Assembly: GCA_048498555.1 (NCBI GenBank)
Contig: JBEHXT010000002.1
Coordinates: 139,075 to 203,074 of the forward strand
From: Bacteroidota bacterium
Lineage (GTDB): Bacteria; Bacteroidota; Bacteroidia; Chitinophagales; Chitinophagaceae
Length of the DNA: 64,000 nucleotides
Direction of reading: 5' to 3'
This document shows, piece after piece, positions 10,126 to 19,287 of the stretch. The notes under the pieces are model-generated. The model was not told where the DNA came from. It searched no databases and saw nothing but the letters and a program-made list of their open reading frames with translations. Within the stretch, counting starts at the first letter, position 1; the number at the start of each line of letters is the position of its first letter. Made by a program: the position numbers and the translations under genes.

Positions 10126-10522
10126 CAAAACAAATACGCCGATGAATTTGCAAGCAGTCAAAAATATTCAAGAAATCGAACTTGCAGGTTGCTTGGACAT
10201 TACCAACAGCAAAGGCAATTTCGGAACAATCGTTCATCGACTGGAATTACTACTTTCCTTGCGTTATACGAAACTCAAGAGTGCTGCAATTGTTAGTCAG
10301 ATCGAAGCAGAAGCTGAAGAATGCTTCCTGCCTTATCATGAATATGTTGTTAACGAACTTCAATACGAATACAGGTTTTCCAGTAAGTTGAAATTCAGCG
10401 AGAAGTATGAAAACCAAGTGCTTTCAAAGTGGATTAAGATGATTGTCTTGAGGTATAACGTAGCGATAGCAGATGAATTCCTGGGAGTTATTAAAATAAA
10501 CAGGGATAGTAGAAAGCGATAA
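10118..10522 (+). CDS. Hypothetical protein (134 aa), third gene of the cassette
   Basis: ATG at 10118 overlaps the HEPN stop codon (ATGCATAA); same frame as track ORF 9983..10522. Confidence 0.6.
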   Translation: MHNKTNTPMNLQAVKNIQEIELAGCLDITNSKGNFGTIVHRLELLLSLRYTKLKSAAIVSQIEAEAEECFLPYHEYVVNELQYEYRFSSKLKFSEKYENQVLSKWIKMIVLRYNVAIADEFLGVIKINRDSRKR

Positions 10523-10541
10523 ACTTTTATAATTTTACATC

Positions 10542-10715
10542 ATGGAATTTTCCGTAGAAGAAATAATGGCCAAAGTCAATGCAGGCATTGAACTGTCCAA
10601 AGAGGAAGAAATATTCTATTTGGTGAAAATCATGCGTGCCGCAAAAGATCGTGATGATGCGATCCGGATCATTGCTATAGCGGACAATCAAGACCCTAAT
10701 CTTATTATCGATTAG
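10542..10715 (+). CDS. Small hypothetical protein (57 aa), below the ORF-track cutoff
   Basis: Hand translation MEFSVEEIMAKVNAGIELSKEEEIFYLVKIMRAAKDRDDAIRIIAIADNQDPNLIID; AT-rich leader; convergent 11-nt overlap with the MuF gene. Confidence 0.6.
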   Translation: MEFSVEEIMAKVNAGIELSKEEEIFYLVKIMRAAKDRDDAIRIIAIADNQDPNLIID

Positions 10716-12501
10716 TCATCCATCCTAATTTCAACATCATTTCTGTAATGGAACTTTCAATGTTATTAAAGTCTTCTTTAAGCCATTGTGAACGAAAACC
10801 CAACGGTTCTTCATTTGAGATTATATTGTCAAGATACTTTGTAAGCTTTGCGTTATTAGCGTTATTAGCGATGTATTGAGCATAACTCCGCGCCCATATT
10901 TCCTTAGGGCTATTCAGATAACGCAAATGCTTTCTTAGCCTGTCATCCAAAGCGTAGTCTTTGTCATCAAAAGTCATGTATCCATTATCAAGAATGGATT
11001 GTATGTTTTTAATGGCATCAGATTGCTGAGCAGCCTCTATAACTTTCGCCATTGGCAGATCAGAAGACAAGCTCGCCCATGTTCTTTCGCCTCCAATAGC
11101 ATGCAGATCGAAATAATGTCCCATCTCGTGAATAATGCTCAATTCTGGATGTGAAGAATTGGAGAGCAGTATTTCAAGTGGCCTTCCACCAATTGACGCA
11201 AACGCGGCGGCAAATTCCTTGCTTTTGCTTGGCTTAAATGGGATATCGTTCAACATACCGTCACCATGTACGCTATCAATGGCAATAAGAGCGTTGTCTA
11301 CCTTGTCGGCTATCTTTTTGTCAATCCTTGTGAATTGGCTGCGAATGTTTTTGCCAGATGGTGTAGTCTGGCCGGTATTTGTGTTAAACTTTTCCTTTTC
11401 GTCTCCAGCAGCTTTAAAATAATCTGGATTGTCCTTTACCCAATACGGCTTACTTTTCCATTTGGCAATCCTGTCTTTGTTGGTAAGTACATATTCTTTA
11501 AATGCGGCGGGCGTGTCCTCAACTTCATTCCTGCTTTTGATAATGAGATTCTCGCCTCGCAACATTGCCTCTTCGATCTTGTCGTACTCTTCGTCAGACA
11601 TCATTTCCGGCACCTGGTAGCAGATGCATTGCGGATGCCACCCTGTCCAATGAAAGTCTTTTGGATATCTTCCGGCCAGCTTGTCACAGATATCATAAGT
11701 CGGATGTGCATTAGACAACTTAATGACGATACCAACGACGAATGGCATAGTTTGCCAACGTTCGTGATCTGCGTTTCGATATGCAGTATTTGTCTCAGTT
11801 CGTGCAATACGCATGGCATTCTTGTAGGAAGATCTGTATATACCTTGCCCAGGGTTATATTCTTCAGCGGCTTTAGAGAGCTTAAAAGATCCTGTATCGT
11901 CCTTTGTTTTCGTATCGCCGAGTATTCTGTTCACAATGGTACTGTCAGCTGTCCTAACACGCCTGTAAAGCTTGTCTGGGTCATTTAGGTACTGTTTCAT
12001 GTCCCGAGCCATCTCTGCTGCAGATTGACCTTTGCTTATACCAAGTCCTAAGGATTGCTCTATTTCGTGACGATAAGGATCGACGAGATTCCAGACACGT
12101 TTGCTTAAATCGATGCCTTTCTCTTTGCGATTGATAAATGCTTCCAATCCGTTCGCGTTGGGATCGTATAAGATTGCCTTAGTCTTTTTAGACAGCTTTT
12201 TGCCGGCCAGACGAACATCAAGAAGAGCATTGTTCTTTTCATTGGACAATCCCCAGGATGATTCAATTCCATTGACAACGGTTGAATAGATGCTTCCATG
12301 CATCTTTTTGATGGCGCGATCAATACGATTCTGCAGTGCTGGATAGTCCTTTAACTCAAAGGCACGCCCTGAGATATCTATCTTACTGGCTACAAGAGAT
12401 ATCTCCTGGATGGTATCATCATAGACGGAACGGATCCGTTTGGCAGCTTCAATAAGCTGACGTAAGTGCCTCTTCTCGTACTGATCGTTTATTTTTTGCA
12501 A
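10705..12501 (-). CDS. MuF/SPP1 gp7-like head morphogenesis protein with a C-terminal zincin metallopeptidase domain
   Basis: MuF motifs RIARTETN and C...WHPQCIC, after the portal gene; C-terminal HEMGH (11116-11130) and E-x-WARSYAQY. Confidence 0.85.
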   Translation of the reverse strand: MQKINDQYEKRHLRQLIEAAKRIRSVYDDTIQEISLVASKIDISGRAFELKDYPALQNRIDRAIKKMHGSIYSTVVNGIESSWGLSNEKNNALLDVRLAGKKLSKKTKAILYDPNANGLEAFINRKEKGIDLSKRVWNLVDPYRHEIEQSLGLGISKGQSAAEMARDMKQYLNDPDKLYRRVRTADSTIVNRILGDTKTKDDTGSFKLSKAAEEYNPGQGIYRSSYKNAMRIARTETNTAYRNADHERWQTMPFVVGIVIKLSNAHPTYDICDKLAGRYPKDFHWTGWHPQCICYQVPEMMSDEEYDKIEEAMLRGENLIIKSRNEVEDTPAAFKEYVLTNKDRIAKWKSKPYWVKDNPDYFKAAGDEKEKFNTNTGQTTPSGKNIRSQFTRIDKKIADKVDNALIAIDSVHGDGMLNDIPFKPSKSKEFAAAFASIGGRPLEILLSNSSHPELSIIHEMGHYFDLHAIGGERTWASLSSDLPMAKVIEAAQQSDAIKNIQSILDNGYMTFDDKDYALDDRLRKHLRYLNSPKEIWARSYAQYIANNANNAKLTKYLDNIISNEEPLGFRSQWLKEDFNNIESSITEMMLKLGWMTNR

Positions 12502-12574
12502 TTTTTACCAATTTTAAAGACTGGTGTATTCTTTGTTGACTTGCGCCCATCGGGGTACATGTTGATATAAAGCG

Positions 12575-12598
12575 GGGTTTGCTTTTTTAAGCAAACCC
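12575..12598. repeat. 10-bp hairpin between the portal and MuF genes
   Basis: GGGTTTGCTT-TTTT-AAGCAAACCC. Confidence 0.5.
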
Positions 12599-12616
12599 TA
12601 GTTATTTGTGCCAACT

Positions 12617-14008
12617 CTATTGCATCAAATCATTTAATCCTTCCTGAGCGTCTTTCTTCTCCTGGTCAATCTGCTTTTGTTCATCATCCGCATTCTGTAC
12701 AAGAGGGTTAAGTCCGACAGCTGTCTTTTGGCTTAAAATGGGCTTTCCTGTACCAACCGCAGAGGTTAACAGATCAATCATTTCTTTCTCATTTGACGGC
12801 AGGTAATATGTGAATTTTGGTTTAACAGAGAGCGTCAAGGCCGGCTCAAGCTTCAGGTTGATCTTTGCATTCGCAGCTTTAAGGAAGTTAATCCGACGCT
12901 GAATGCCTTTACCAAATATCTCCTCCTTATCTGCCGCTTTAAGGTGTGCGCCAATGAATAGCATCTTTAGAGCAATGCCGGAAAAAGTTCCGAGAGATTG
13001 CATTTTCTCGATTGATATGTCAGGAGTGTCGCTAAAGTCAAGAATAAGAGACCTCAGATTGGTCTGCTCCAGCTTGACACTTTCCGGAGACTGATCCCAA
13101 GTAAGATATGAAGCCTTTGCGCCATCTTTCCCTTGCAAAACTTTTCCTTGTTCCCCTTTGGAAGCAAAGCCGGTAACATCGCCATCAAGAAATACAATTG
13201 GGCTTCCAAAGTAGTCGTTTGTATCTCCATGATTGGATAAAGATGTTTCGTACCGCTCAATAAGCTGTTGCACGTCAGCCCATTCAACAGCATCCTGACT
13301 GTAATAGATAATTGGTATTTTGGTAATTATGTTGGATTCTGTTGCTGTCTCCCAGCCAGCATCAGTCTTATGCCCTTTAATGGTCTCTTTGTTCGTGTAC
13401 AGGTCGAAATGCTCTACTTTCTTATCGCCATCTGGCAAGAAGTAGCCACGCCCAAACGCGATCATGTCCCCAGCATTGTTGTAGACAGGATAGAGCTGAT
13501 CACCGAGCGAATTCGCAAGTATTTTCATTCTTAGCCTGAACTTACTTCCCTGGTTAGATGTTCCTTTCCAATATTGATCATCGACAGGCTCGGTGTACCA
13601 CAGCTCTGCAACTTCTGTTTCCTTCATCATTAACTTTAGAATGCCTTTGCTGTCGTAATCGAGTTTATTATCCTCCCATGTCTTCTTTAGGATGGCAACC
13701 AGCGACTTTTCTACATCAGCCGTGGGATCAGCTACTAACTGAATGGGGTTTCCACAGAGGAAAGCAGCAGCTAACTGCACTATCTTCTTTTGAAACGGGA
13801 CTGGTAAGCGGGCCACGTCAACAAATGAAACTCCATCATTTGTCTCAACCTTCTTTTTGGGCCGGAGCGTTTCATTCATTACTACATGCCCAGAGACTTC
13901 ATACTGCTTATGGATCTTATCAAAGTCGAAAGCTGGCTTTGTAGCAACGACTTTCTTTTTAAGTTCTTCGAAATTGGATATTAGGTTTTGTAATTCTTGT
14001 TGTTCCAT
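12617..14008 (-). CDS. Portal protein (SPP1-type)
   Basis: 463 aa after terminase; typical SPP1-portal features such as SGIALK..F and acidic C-terminal segments. Confidence 0.9.
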   Translation of the reverse strand: MEQQELQNLISNFEELKKKVVATKPAFDFDKIHKQYEVSGHVVMNETLRPKKKVETNDGVSFVDVARLPVPFQKKIVQLAAAFLCGNPIQLVADPTADVEKSLVAILKKTWEDNKLDYDSKGILKLMMKETEVAELWYTEPVDDQYWKGTSNQGSKFRLRMKILANSLGDQLYPVYNNAGDMIAFGRGYFLPDGDKKVEHFDLYTNKETIKGHKTDAGWETATESNIITKIPIIYYSQDAVEWADVQQLIERYETSLSNHGDTNDYFGSPIVFLDGDVTGFASKGEQGKVLQGKDGAKASYLTWDQSPESVKLEQTNLRSLILDFSDTPDISIEKMQSLGTFSGIALKMLFIGAHLKAADKEEIFGKGIQRRINFLKAANAKINLKLEPALTLSVKPKFTYYLPSNEKEMIDLLTSAVGTGKPILSQKTAVGLNPLVQNADDEQKQIDQEKKDAQEGLNDLMQ

Positions 14009-14022
14009 TTTGTATTGATTTA

Positions 14023-15237
14023 TCAGTGAAAGAACCCGCCGAGGTTCTTTTTCTTATAGTTTTTGCCGAGCAGTTCCATTAAGACTACATACCTGGCGCC
14101 GTCGATAATGTGGTTAAAATTGTCTATTGGCTCATTCAACCATTTGCCTGTCTTGTCTTGCTGGTATGTGTAGTTCTTAAACTCTTTGATAGCATTAACA
14201 GACCGGGATGTGACGTAGATCTTCATGGTCTTCATCTTGTCGATGCCAGCCTTTACGCTGCCCTGACCTTTCTCAACTGGATGGATATTAAAGCCTGCAT
14301 TGTATATCTCATCCACCAGGCGAGGATCCGCGCTTTCGCTCCAAATCTTCCGACTGTTGTTATGCTCCTTTAATACTTTGATGATATCACTTGACAGCAT
14401 CTTAGTCTGATAACAGAACTCATCGATATAAAGGCCATTGTCGTGAATAGCTACTTCGCTGCCGGCGGTTACATCATTTGAATAACCAAAGTCCAATCCG
14501 GTGAACCGCTTCGTTATCCAGTTGGGTATTTCCTCAATCAGTTCAATGCTTTCAAATACCAAACCTTCAATAGTGGCTCTCTTTCCTAACCCGTAAATTG
14601 TCCATTTGCGTTTATCAGCGGTACCAGCTGCATAGTTGGCTTCTGTTGGCTCATATGACAGTATCTGCTCCTTTGCATTCTTCGGTATGAGTTTATTATC
14701 AAGCATCGTACTATGCGAATAGAACGTCTTTGCCCTTTTGCACAGCTTATCATAGATCCAATGCTCTTCCTCAGATGGGTTATAGTCAATAAGCGCAAAG
14801 CCACTACAGCGTTGCATGAGCTGCGCGTAATCGTCGAAACTGGATTCTATCGCCTCATTGATCCAGAAAGCATCGGATTTCATACCATGGATTCTTTGCT
14901 CATCATCCAGCCCCATAAACCAGAACTCTGTATCGAAAAGCCGGTAAATGCCTGATCCCTCAGACTTGTTATGATTCTTCCGGTCGTAGAGCTTATAAGA
15001 TTTCAGGATATCGATGAAGTCTTTTAAAACTGTCGCCTTCAACCATGTACCTTTCAACCTCGAAACAATTACCCTTCGTTCCGCGCCTCGGTTATCATAT
15101 GCCCATTTGATCCAGAATTGAATAATGGAATGCGTTTTGCTGCTGCGACTACCGCCTTCCAGCACATACACATTATACTTTGCAGACTGATAAGCCTTCT
15201 GTAGCGTGTCAAATACTTTCGTCGTTAGTCCTAGCAT
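14023..15237 (-). CDS. Terminase large subunit (PBSX family)
   Basis: Walker A-like GGSRSSKT, Walker B-like WINEA, nuclease GLDFGY and NHIIDGARY motifs. Confidence 0.92.
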   Translation of the reverse strand: MLGLTTKVFDTLQKAYQSAKYNVYVLEGGSRSSKTHSIIQFWIKWAYDNRGAERRVIVSRLKGTWLKATVLKDFIDILKSYKLYDRKNHNKSEGSGIYRLFDTEFWFMGLDDEQRIHGMKSDAFWINEAIESSFDDYAQLMQRCSGFALIDYNPSEEEHWIYDKLCKRAKTFYSHSTMLDNKLIPKNAKEQILSYEPTEANYAAGTADKRKWTIYGLGKRATIEGLVFESIELIEEIPNWITKRFTGLDFGYSNDVTAGSEVAIHDNGLYIDEFCYQTKMLSSDIIKVLKEHNNSRKIWSESADPRLVDEIYNAGFNIHPVEKGQGSVKAGIDKMKTMKIYVTSRSVNAIKEFKNYTYQQDKTGKWLNEPIDNFNHIIDGARYVVLMELLGKNYKKKNLGGFFH

Positions 15238-15751
15238 TCTTATTCAAGTATTTTTCAATCTGGTCTTCGGTCATATTCTCCGTGGACATGAAGACAATAG
15301 GAGGTGGCGCGGTTATATCCTTCCCGTTTGTTTTATGGTCAACATCTTTCTTTTCAACCAATCCGAGATCACGGGCAATTATGCTTTGATTAAAAGCACC
15401 TACAGCAGCTCCCTCGAACTTCTGCGTCCAGATGATTTGCCTTACGCGCGATATGACTCCGAAAAAATCTTTGTACTTTTTCTTCGTTCCGTAGTTATTG
15501 AAAGTATCCTCATCTATGTCCAGAAATATGCAAAGTCCAGATATTGTGTATGGTCTGGAGGTTTTAAGCTCTACCTTGGTTCCAGCTTTTGGTCCACTTC
15601 CCACGAAGTCTTGCTTATACCAAGGATGGGCATCACACCAGTCAAAGTATTCAGATGCTGCCTCAAATAGCAATTCAGGCGAACTAAATATCTTATCTCG
15701 CCCATGTTTTGACCTTTGTCTCCAAAACTGGTTTTTCTTCGGTGCAGCCAT
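15209..15751 (-). CDS. Terminase small subunit (P22/Sf6 gp3-like DNA-packaging protein)
   Basis: MAAPKKNQFW...GRDKIF, RPYTISGLCIFL and GAAVGAFNQSIIARDLGL motifs. Confidence 0.88.
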   Translation of the reverse strand: MAAPKKNQFWRQRSKHGRDKIFSSPELLFEAASEYFDWCDAHPWYKQDFVGSGPKAGTKVELKTSRPYTISGLCIFLDIDEDTFNNYGTKKKYKDFFGVISRVRQIIWTQKFEGAAVGAFNQSIIARDLGLVEKKDVDHKTNGKDITAPPPIVFMSTENMTEDQIEKYLNKNARTNDESI

Positions 15752-16197
15752 TAGTCCTTCATTTTGGTTAATAGTTCTTCTACTCTCTCGTTAAAATCGT
15801 CGTACACTTTTACCATGGTTACAACTTCTCTTATCATTCTGCTTACTCTGCTTTTATCTTGGGTGGTTACATCGCTTAAATGACGAACAAGTCCGGGCCG
15901 GATATCCAGGCACTCTATCGGCTGATTGTAAAGCTGTGGATCGTAAATGTGCAGGATGATTGCTATGAACTCTTTTCTGATTTCAACCTTTTCTGATTTA
16001 TGGAGTGGTCCGGAATATAATAGCGGATCTATATTCTTAATCTCGCAGAAATTGTGGTACAGTTCGGGGATCTTCGAGAAGTCGTTTTCTCTTTCTTCGT
16101 GCATTGTAAGAAGAGATGACGCTATTGAAGGCATTTTACTGGCTAACAAATATCCCAATAGAGCATACTTTTTCTTGCTTAACACCATATAAAACAA
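15751..16197 (-). CDS. Hypothetical protein, possible late-gene regulator (C-terminal HTH-like)
   Basis: Directly upstream of terS; helical C-terminus. Confidence 0.45.
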   Translation of the reverse strand: MFYMVLSKKKYALLGYLLASKMPSIASSLLTMHEERENDFSKIPELYHNFCEIKNIDPLLYSGPLHKSEKVEIRKEFIAIILHIYDPQLYNQPIECLDIRPGLVRHLSDVTTQDKSRVSRMIREVVTMVKVYDDFNERVEELLTKMKD

Positions 16198-16238
16198 AAA
16201 TACTCATAAAAGTTATTTAATAACTAATATGAGTATTT
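16198..16238. promoter_or_regulatory. 41-bp imperfect palindrome at the head of the packaging operon
   Basis: AAATACTCATA-AA-AGTTATT-T-AATAACT-AA-TATGAGTATTT. Confidence 0.5.
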
Positions 16239-16292
16239 CACATTTGTGGATAACATTTGCAAAAGTTTCATACTTTGCAAAAAAAAAGTCAA

Positions 16293-17051
16293 ATGTCAAT
16301 GCCAAACCCTAAGAGCCATATTATTTGCTTTCTCATATGCATTTTCGTTCCATATTATAACTTCAGTCAAGAGTTTGTAGACTTTGAGAGTTTGGCCAAG
16401 CCTAGAAACAAGCCAAATGCAGATTCGATTGGGTTTTATAAATTAGCTTATCAAATTGAATCAAATGTATTAGATCCAGGAGATACCTTGAAGGTTAATT
16501 TGTTTTTTACTGGATATGGTCAGATAAAGAATTCTAAGATTTACTTCCTTCCATCAAAACATATTTTTGATACTTCGTCAATAACCACACATTCACTCGG
16601 TGGATATCCAAATTATCCAAGATGGGGTGACTCTACAAACGCATTCAATGACTACTACACTTCTACTGGTCCATTTGACCTGACATTTAATGGAGGCATG
16701 ACAAAACGGGAATGGAAGGACACCACTCCATATGTCGATTACAACAACAATCCTCACTCGCTGGATATATTAACTGAACAAATCCTAGATAAACCTCCAA
16801 TAACGTACCTGCTCAAAACAAAAAGAAACATAAGGCCCGGGCAATACTTCATTAATATTTATTTTACTTATTTCAACGGATCCACATGGCAAGGAGATAA
16901 TGTTGTTATACCATACACAATCACCACTTGGATACAAAGAAATGAAGATTGGGCATGGTGGTTTGGTATCGGCGCAGCTGGATTTTCAATTATAGCGTCC
17001 ATGTACCAATTTTGGCGCTGGATTAAAAAAAAAGTAACTAAAACTCCGTGA
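16293..17051 (+). CDS. Accessory membrane protein (N-terminal signal/TM, C-terminal TM)
   Basis: Hydrophobic IICFLICIFV near the N-terminus and WAWWFGIGAAGFSIIASMY near the C-terminus; antisense to the phage operons. Start taken at ATG 16293. Confidence 0.7.
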   Translation: MSMPNPKSHIICFLICIFVPYYNFSQEFVDFESLAKPRNKPNADSIGFYKLAYQIESNVLDPGDTLKVNLFFTGYGQIKNSKIYFLPSKHIFDTSSITTHSLGGYPNYPRWGDSTNAFNDYYTSTGPFDLTFNGGMTKREWKDTTPYVDYNNNPHSLDILTEQILDKPPITYLLKTKRNIRPGQYFINIYFTYFNGSTWQGDNVVIPYTITTWIQRNEDWAWWFGIGAAGFSIIASMYQFWRWIKKKVTKTP

Positions 17052-17691
17052 TTGGCTTAATTTGTTTACATCCTTCTGCTAAACGCTTATCGTAATTTGG
17101 ATCATCGTTTGAGAAACAATCTCTGTATCCAGTAGCTAAGACTAATGTACACCGACTGCCGATGAAATAACCCTGCAAAAACATGATATTAGCTTTAATC
17201 TGCAAACTGAAGGCAATTCTATTTTGGCTGTCAAGAGCTTCAAAATATGTAATATTATCTCCATGTGTCATTTTAATTTCAGGTGACTTTCTAACAAGCT
17301 TATTCTCATGTATCTCTAGAATAATGTGATGTGTTTTATTAACGATCAAGGTTGAAACCAAAAGTCGAGCATCTTCAAATTTAAACGTAAAAATTAGTGG
17401 AAAATCATATTTACTGCATGAGGTATCTCGGAGGTAATATGTCCAACCTATATTGTCTTTTAGAATCAAAATCGCAGTGTCCTTGCTACCAAGTTTAGCG
17501 CCCATAACCTTATTATTCTTGAACAAATCTGATGAAACATTAAATAGCAAATCTGACTTAGTCGCGAGATATTCTTTTTTGTTCCGAGAAAGAAAGAGGA
17601 ATGGGGCGCCGAAAAATAAGATCAAAATTGTTAGTGCAATTAGTTTACGATAGGAAACATTCTTTTTGGGCAAGGACTTAGGCTTTGTCAT
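17038..17691 (-). CDS. Accessory membrane-anchored protein
   Basis: Basic N-terminus, then the TM segment LIALTILILFFGAPFLFL; AT-rich. Confidence 0.7.
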   Translation of the reverse strand: MTKPKSLPKKNVSYRKLIALTILILFFGAPFLFLSRNKKEYLATKSDLLFNVSSDLFKNNKVMGAKLGSKDTAILILKDNIGWTYYLRDTSCSKYDFPLIFTFKFEDARLLVSTLIVNKTHHIILEIHENKLVRKSPEIKMTHGDNITYFEALDSQNRIAFSLQIKANIMFLQGYFIGSRCTLVLATGYRDCFSNDDPNYDKRLAEGCKQIKPITEF

Positions 17692-17721
17692 CTATTTAAG
17701 GTTTTTACAAAATAAAAATAC

Positions 17722-18126
17722 TTAAATCTCTAATATCTGTATGCCATAGATTTGATTGAGCAGTTTTCTTTTCTTCTTATACTCCTTTGTCAAATGTCCC
17801 TTGCAATCCTCTACTACCTGTTTTCCGGTCGTCATATCTCGGTAAACAAAGTCAGCTATGTAAATAAGCGAATGGGATCCGGTTGGATTGAGTTCAAATT
17901 GTACTTGCCTTGCCAACATGCCGATCTTCCCGGCTTTGAGTAACAGTCGCAGCTCCTTGTATCTTTTCGCCTCCTTTTGTGAATCGAAATTGATTCCATC
18001 CACTTCAGCTTTCTTGGCACCGTATTTTGATCGCTTTTTCTCTGGCTCCTGTGCAGGTACAAGGTGTTGGTTTAATCCTGCACAGGGAGAGTTCATTATA
18101 TCTGCTATTGTGAAATTCCGTTTCAA
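17722..18126 (-). CDS. DUF1064 family phage endonuclease-like protein
   Basis: SKYGAKK..VDGINFDSQKEA and YIADFVY....VVEDCKG motifs. Confidence 0.88.
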   Translation of the reverse strand: MKRNFTIADIMNSPCAGLNQHLVPAQEPEKKRSKYGAKKAEVDGINFDSQKEAKRYKELRLLLKAGKIGMLARQVQFELNPTGSHSLIYIADFVYRDMTTGKQVVEDCKGHLTKEYKKKRKLLNQIYGIQILEI

Positions 18127-18161
18127 TCGAAAAATTCTTATATTAAAGTTTTAAAACCTAA

Positions 18162-18329
18162 ATGCTTAATATGACAAAGAGTACTAAACCCGGTTCTTCC
18201 GGCAAGTCACCAAAAGGCTATTGGAAATATGTTTACAAATCGGCTAAAACAGGAGAGTTTGTAACGGAAGCCTATGCCAAGGCACATCCGGCAACTACGG
18301 TTCGAGAAAAGATTTGGGTACCAGGCTAG
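18162..18329 (+). CDS. Small basic protein (52-55 aa), antisense to the operon
   Basis: Hand translation ...YKSAKTGEFVTEAYAKAHPATTVREK...; the SAxTGxFVTxxYAxxHPxTTV pattern resembles a family of small proteins I recall. Confidence 0.55.
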   Translation: MLNMTKSTKPGSSGKSPKGYWKYVYKSAKTGEFVTEAYAKAHPATTVREKIWVPG

Positions 18330-19287
18330 GAAATTCATTCCATTCCCGGCCGTCCAACAAACGGCCGGCTTTTTTCTTTCCTACTTTTTTCATGCATGCA
18401 AGGTCTCCTGCTCTTATGAAGCCATCGTTATATTCAGATCCATCAAGTAAAATGTTTCTAACAGACTTGACTTCTATCCCGGCTATAAAATTTGAATGCT
18501 GATTATCTGGGACCCATTCTCCCCATTGCTTAAAGAAGAAAGACACATTTGCAGCGTTGCATTGATCACGCAATGACCTCACCCATTCTGGATGTATTGG
18601 CCTTGCTCCGTGTCCGCTTTCGCCACCTACAATTACCCAATCAATACCCCTTTCAACTGGACGGAAATACTCGTCAAGTTTGCCCATTAAAGTTGCTTGA
18701 AGTATTTCCTTTGAGTCTTGTGCCTGCCTTCTCAGAATGATAGGGCCTAACAAAGGTTCGATTGAAAGGAATCTAACCGTAGCCGGCACGCACAATAAGT
18801 GAGGGATTCTTTCATCCGCCGCCTGCTGATTCTCTACGCTGGTTCCTATCCAAATATTTTCAGGCAATCCATCCGGAAAATCAAAAGCGATTAATGTCTT
18901 GATATTCTCTGGCCGTTTAGTCAATAACTGCCAAATAAGATTGGGGGTTTGTTTTATCAGACTGAAAAGCCTTTTAAGATGTGGCAATGTATCGGGATGC
19001 CCTTCAAATACGTCAGCCATCGATGCGCAAAATACTTTTGCTTTAATGCCTTTCGCTGCAGCTTCTTTGTTCCACTTCAAAGGCTGATTCCAGTATTTAT
19101 CTGACTGTGGTTTACGATTTGAATTAGGTCCCCAATGTGGATTTTCGTGATTGTATCTGTTATCAAGTGTTTCTGCATAACAGTTTTTACATCCTGGTGA
19201 TACTTTCATGCATCCCCACCAAGGATTGAAAGTGTGGTCGGTCCATTCTATTTTGCTATTGATCATTTTGATTGGTTTTGTTGTCAT
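18295..19287 (-). CDS. DUF5131 (phage Gp37/Gp68) radical-SAM-like protein
   Basis: SKIEWTDHTFNPWWGC.KVSPGCKNCYAE, FLSIEPLLG, WVIVGGESG and FFFKQWG motifs. Confidence 0.92.
   Translation of the reverse strand: MTTKPIKMINSKIEWTDHTFNPWWGCMKVSPGCKNCYAETLDNRYNHENPHWGPNSNRKPQSDKYWNQPLKWNKEAAAKGIKAKVFCASMADVFEGHPDTLPHLKRLFSLIKQTPNLIWQLLTKRPENIKTLIAFDFPDGLPENIWIGTSVENQQAADERIPHLLCVPATVRFLSIEPLLGPIILRRQAQDSKEILQATLMGKLDEYFRPVERGIDWVIVGGESGHGARPIHPEWVRSLRDQCNAANVSFFFKQWGEWVPDNQHSNFIAGIEVKSVRNILLDGSEYNDGFIRAGDLACMKKVGKKKAGRLLDGREWNEFPSLVPKSFLEP

Noticed and set aside
11135-11988. Long + strand ORFs (11266..11988, 11135..11422) opposite the MuF gene
   Set aside because: Shadow frames of a well-supported minus-strand gene, with no recognisable motifs. 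The same applies to 32136..32801, 20501..20944, 15206..15670, 39161..39598 and most short track ORFs overlapping real genes.
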